64,000 nt of DNA from the human T2T-CHM13v2.0 reference genome, Homo sapiens: NCBI GenBank assembly GCA_009914755.4, contig CP086569.2:22624001-22688000 (forward strand), written 5' to 3'. The position numbers were made by a program, and so were the translations under genes. Within the stretch, counting starts at the first letter, position 1; every line of letters starts with the position of its first letter. The notes beneath the pieces were generated by a model. The model did no database searches, had not been told where the DNA came from, and saw only the letters and a list, made by a program, of their open reading frames with translations. This document shows positions 63,009 to 64,000 of this stretch, piece by piece.

Positions 63009-64000
63009 GAGAATGAGTTGCCTTGTTCTGGAGTCCTAGCAATGTTCAATGATTTCTGTCAGAGAACACAAAGCCTCCTGCAAAGTGCAAACATCCTCAC
63101 CCCCCAAAACGAGACCAAAACCCACAACCTGGCTTGTGGTCAGCCTACACTAAGTCCCTTGTCCTCCCTGAAATCCCTGGCAGCCAATAAATCTGTGGTG
63201 AGAGGCAGCCCAACTCAGCAAAAGCCCAATGAAAGACCCTTTCCACAATGGGGAAGGACATGCAGATGGAATGAAACAGAGTCTAGATTACCAGGCAAAA
63301 GCTAGAAATGGCTGCCTGCTTCTCCTCCTAAAGTTATCAGCCCTCTTGTAAAAGCTGGAGAGCAAGAGTCTCCTTGTTGGTGGCTGTAACAGGAATTTAT
63401 GTTTTTAAAATTATCACAGATGTCCAGTCATTAAAACATGACAGTGTTTAGAAGGAAACACTCATGCAATGGATTCTTTGAAGGTCATCTTCCATGAACT
63501 GGGAAATGTTTTATGTGGAAGACATTGAGCCAGACCCAGGAAACACTAGGCTGATGAGAAACAGGTAAGTCAGAATACAAAGAGGCAAGTGTGGAGGCTA
63601 CATCTTGCCTTGTATCAATGGCTCTTACTCCGATTTGGCTTCTGGTATGAAAGCCTTCATATGGGGGTTTGCCAGGATGGCCCAAATTTGCAATCCAAGT
63701 CTTCAAATGTTCCTTGCACATTGGAATACTCCCATTGTAGTGGCATAAGCCATGGACAAAACCCTTCAGACACTGGCTTAAAGAAGGAAGTGACTTTATT
63801 CAGCCGGGAGCATCAGCAGACTGTGTCTCAAAAACCAAGCTCCCTGAGAGAGAGATTCCTGCCCTTTTTAAAGGCTTACAACTCCAAACGGCTCCCTGTG
63901 AAGGGGTCATGATTGATTGAGCAAGCATGGGGTATGTTGCTGAGGCTGCATCTATTGGTAATCAGGATAGAAGAGAACAAAACAGACAGTTTCACGATGC

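Overview
The window is primate (human-type) genomic DNA, as shown by Alu and L1 elements and HERV9/LTR12 and HERV-K proviruses. It is not a prokaryotic locus and contains no operons, CRISPR arrays or bacterial-style genes. The left half (1-31 kb) is mostly unique, CpG-depleted sequence interrupted by repeats. These include a ~3.1-kb degenerate interstitial (CCCTAA)n-like telomeric array (5.16-8.25 kb) and a (GAA/CTT)n-expanded Alu tail. There is an env-less HERV9 provirus on the minus strand (13.3-20.7 kb) with LTR12 ends, a tRNA-Arg primer-binding site (PBS) and RT/RNase H remnants. A 20-bp-unit minisatellite lies at 21.1-21.7 kb. One intron-flanked candidate exon lies on the minus strand (29.6-29.7 kb).

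The right half (31.2-63.8 kb) is dominated by a macrosatellite I do not recognise as a named family. Its unit is ~2.46-2.51 kb and units share about 80% identity. The array is arranged head to head: ~6.6 units on the plus strand (31185-47578) directly abut ~3.9 units in the opposite orientation (47579-~63775). The orientation switch falls inside each unit's dinucleotide microsatellite. The array's left edge cuts through an Alu. The inverted arm carries two later retroviral insertions with target-site duplications (TSDs). One is a solo LTR12 (48351-48993). The other is a pol-deleted HERV-K (HML-type) provirus (56982-63008) with a decayed tRNA-Lys PBS and gag (MGQ...), protease/dUTPase and env remnants. 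The HERV-K 5' LTR itself carries a young Alu.

No protein-coding gene is confidently recognised. The ORFs in the six-frame track are mostly translations of repeats or retroviral remnants.
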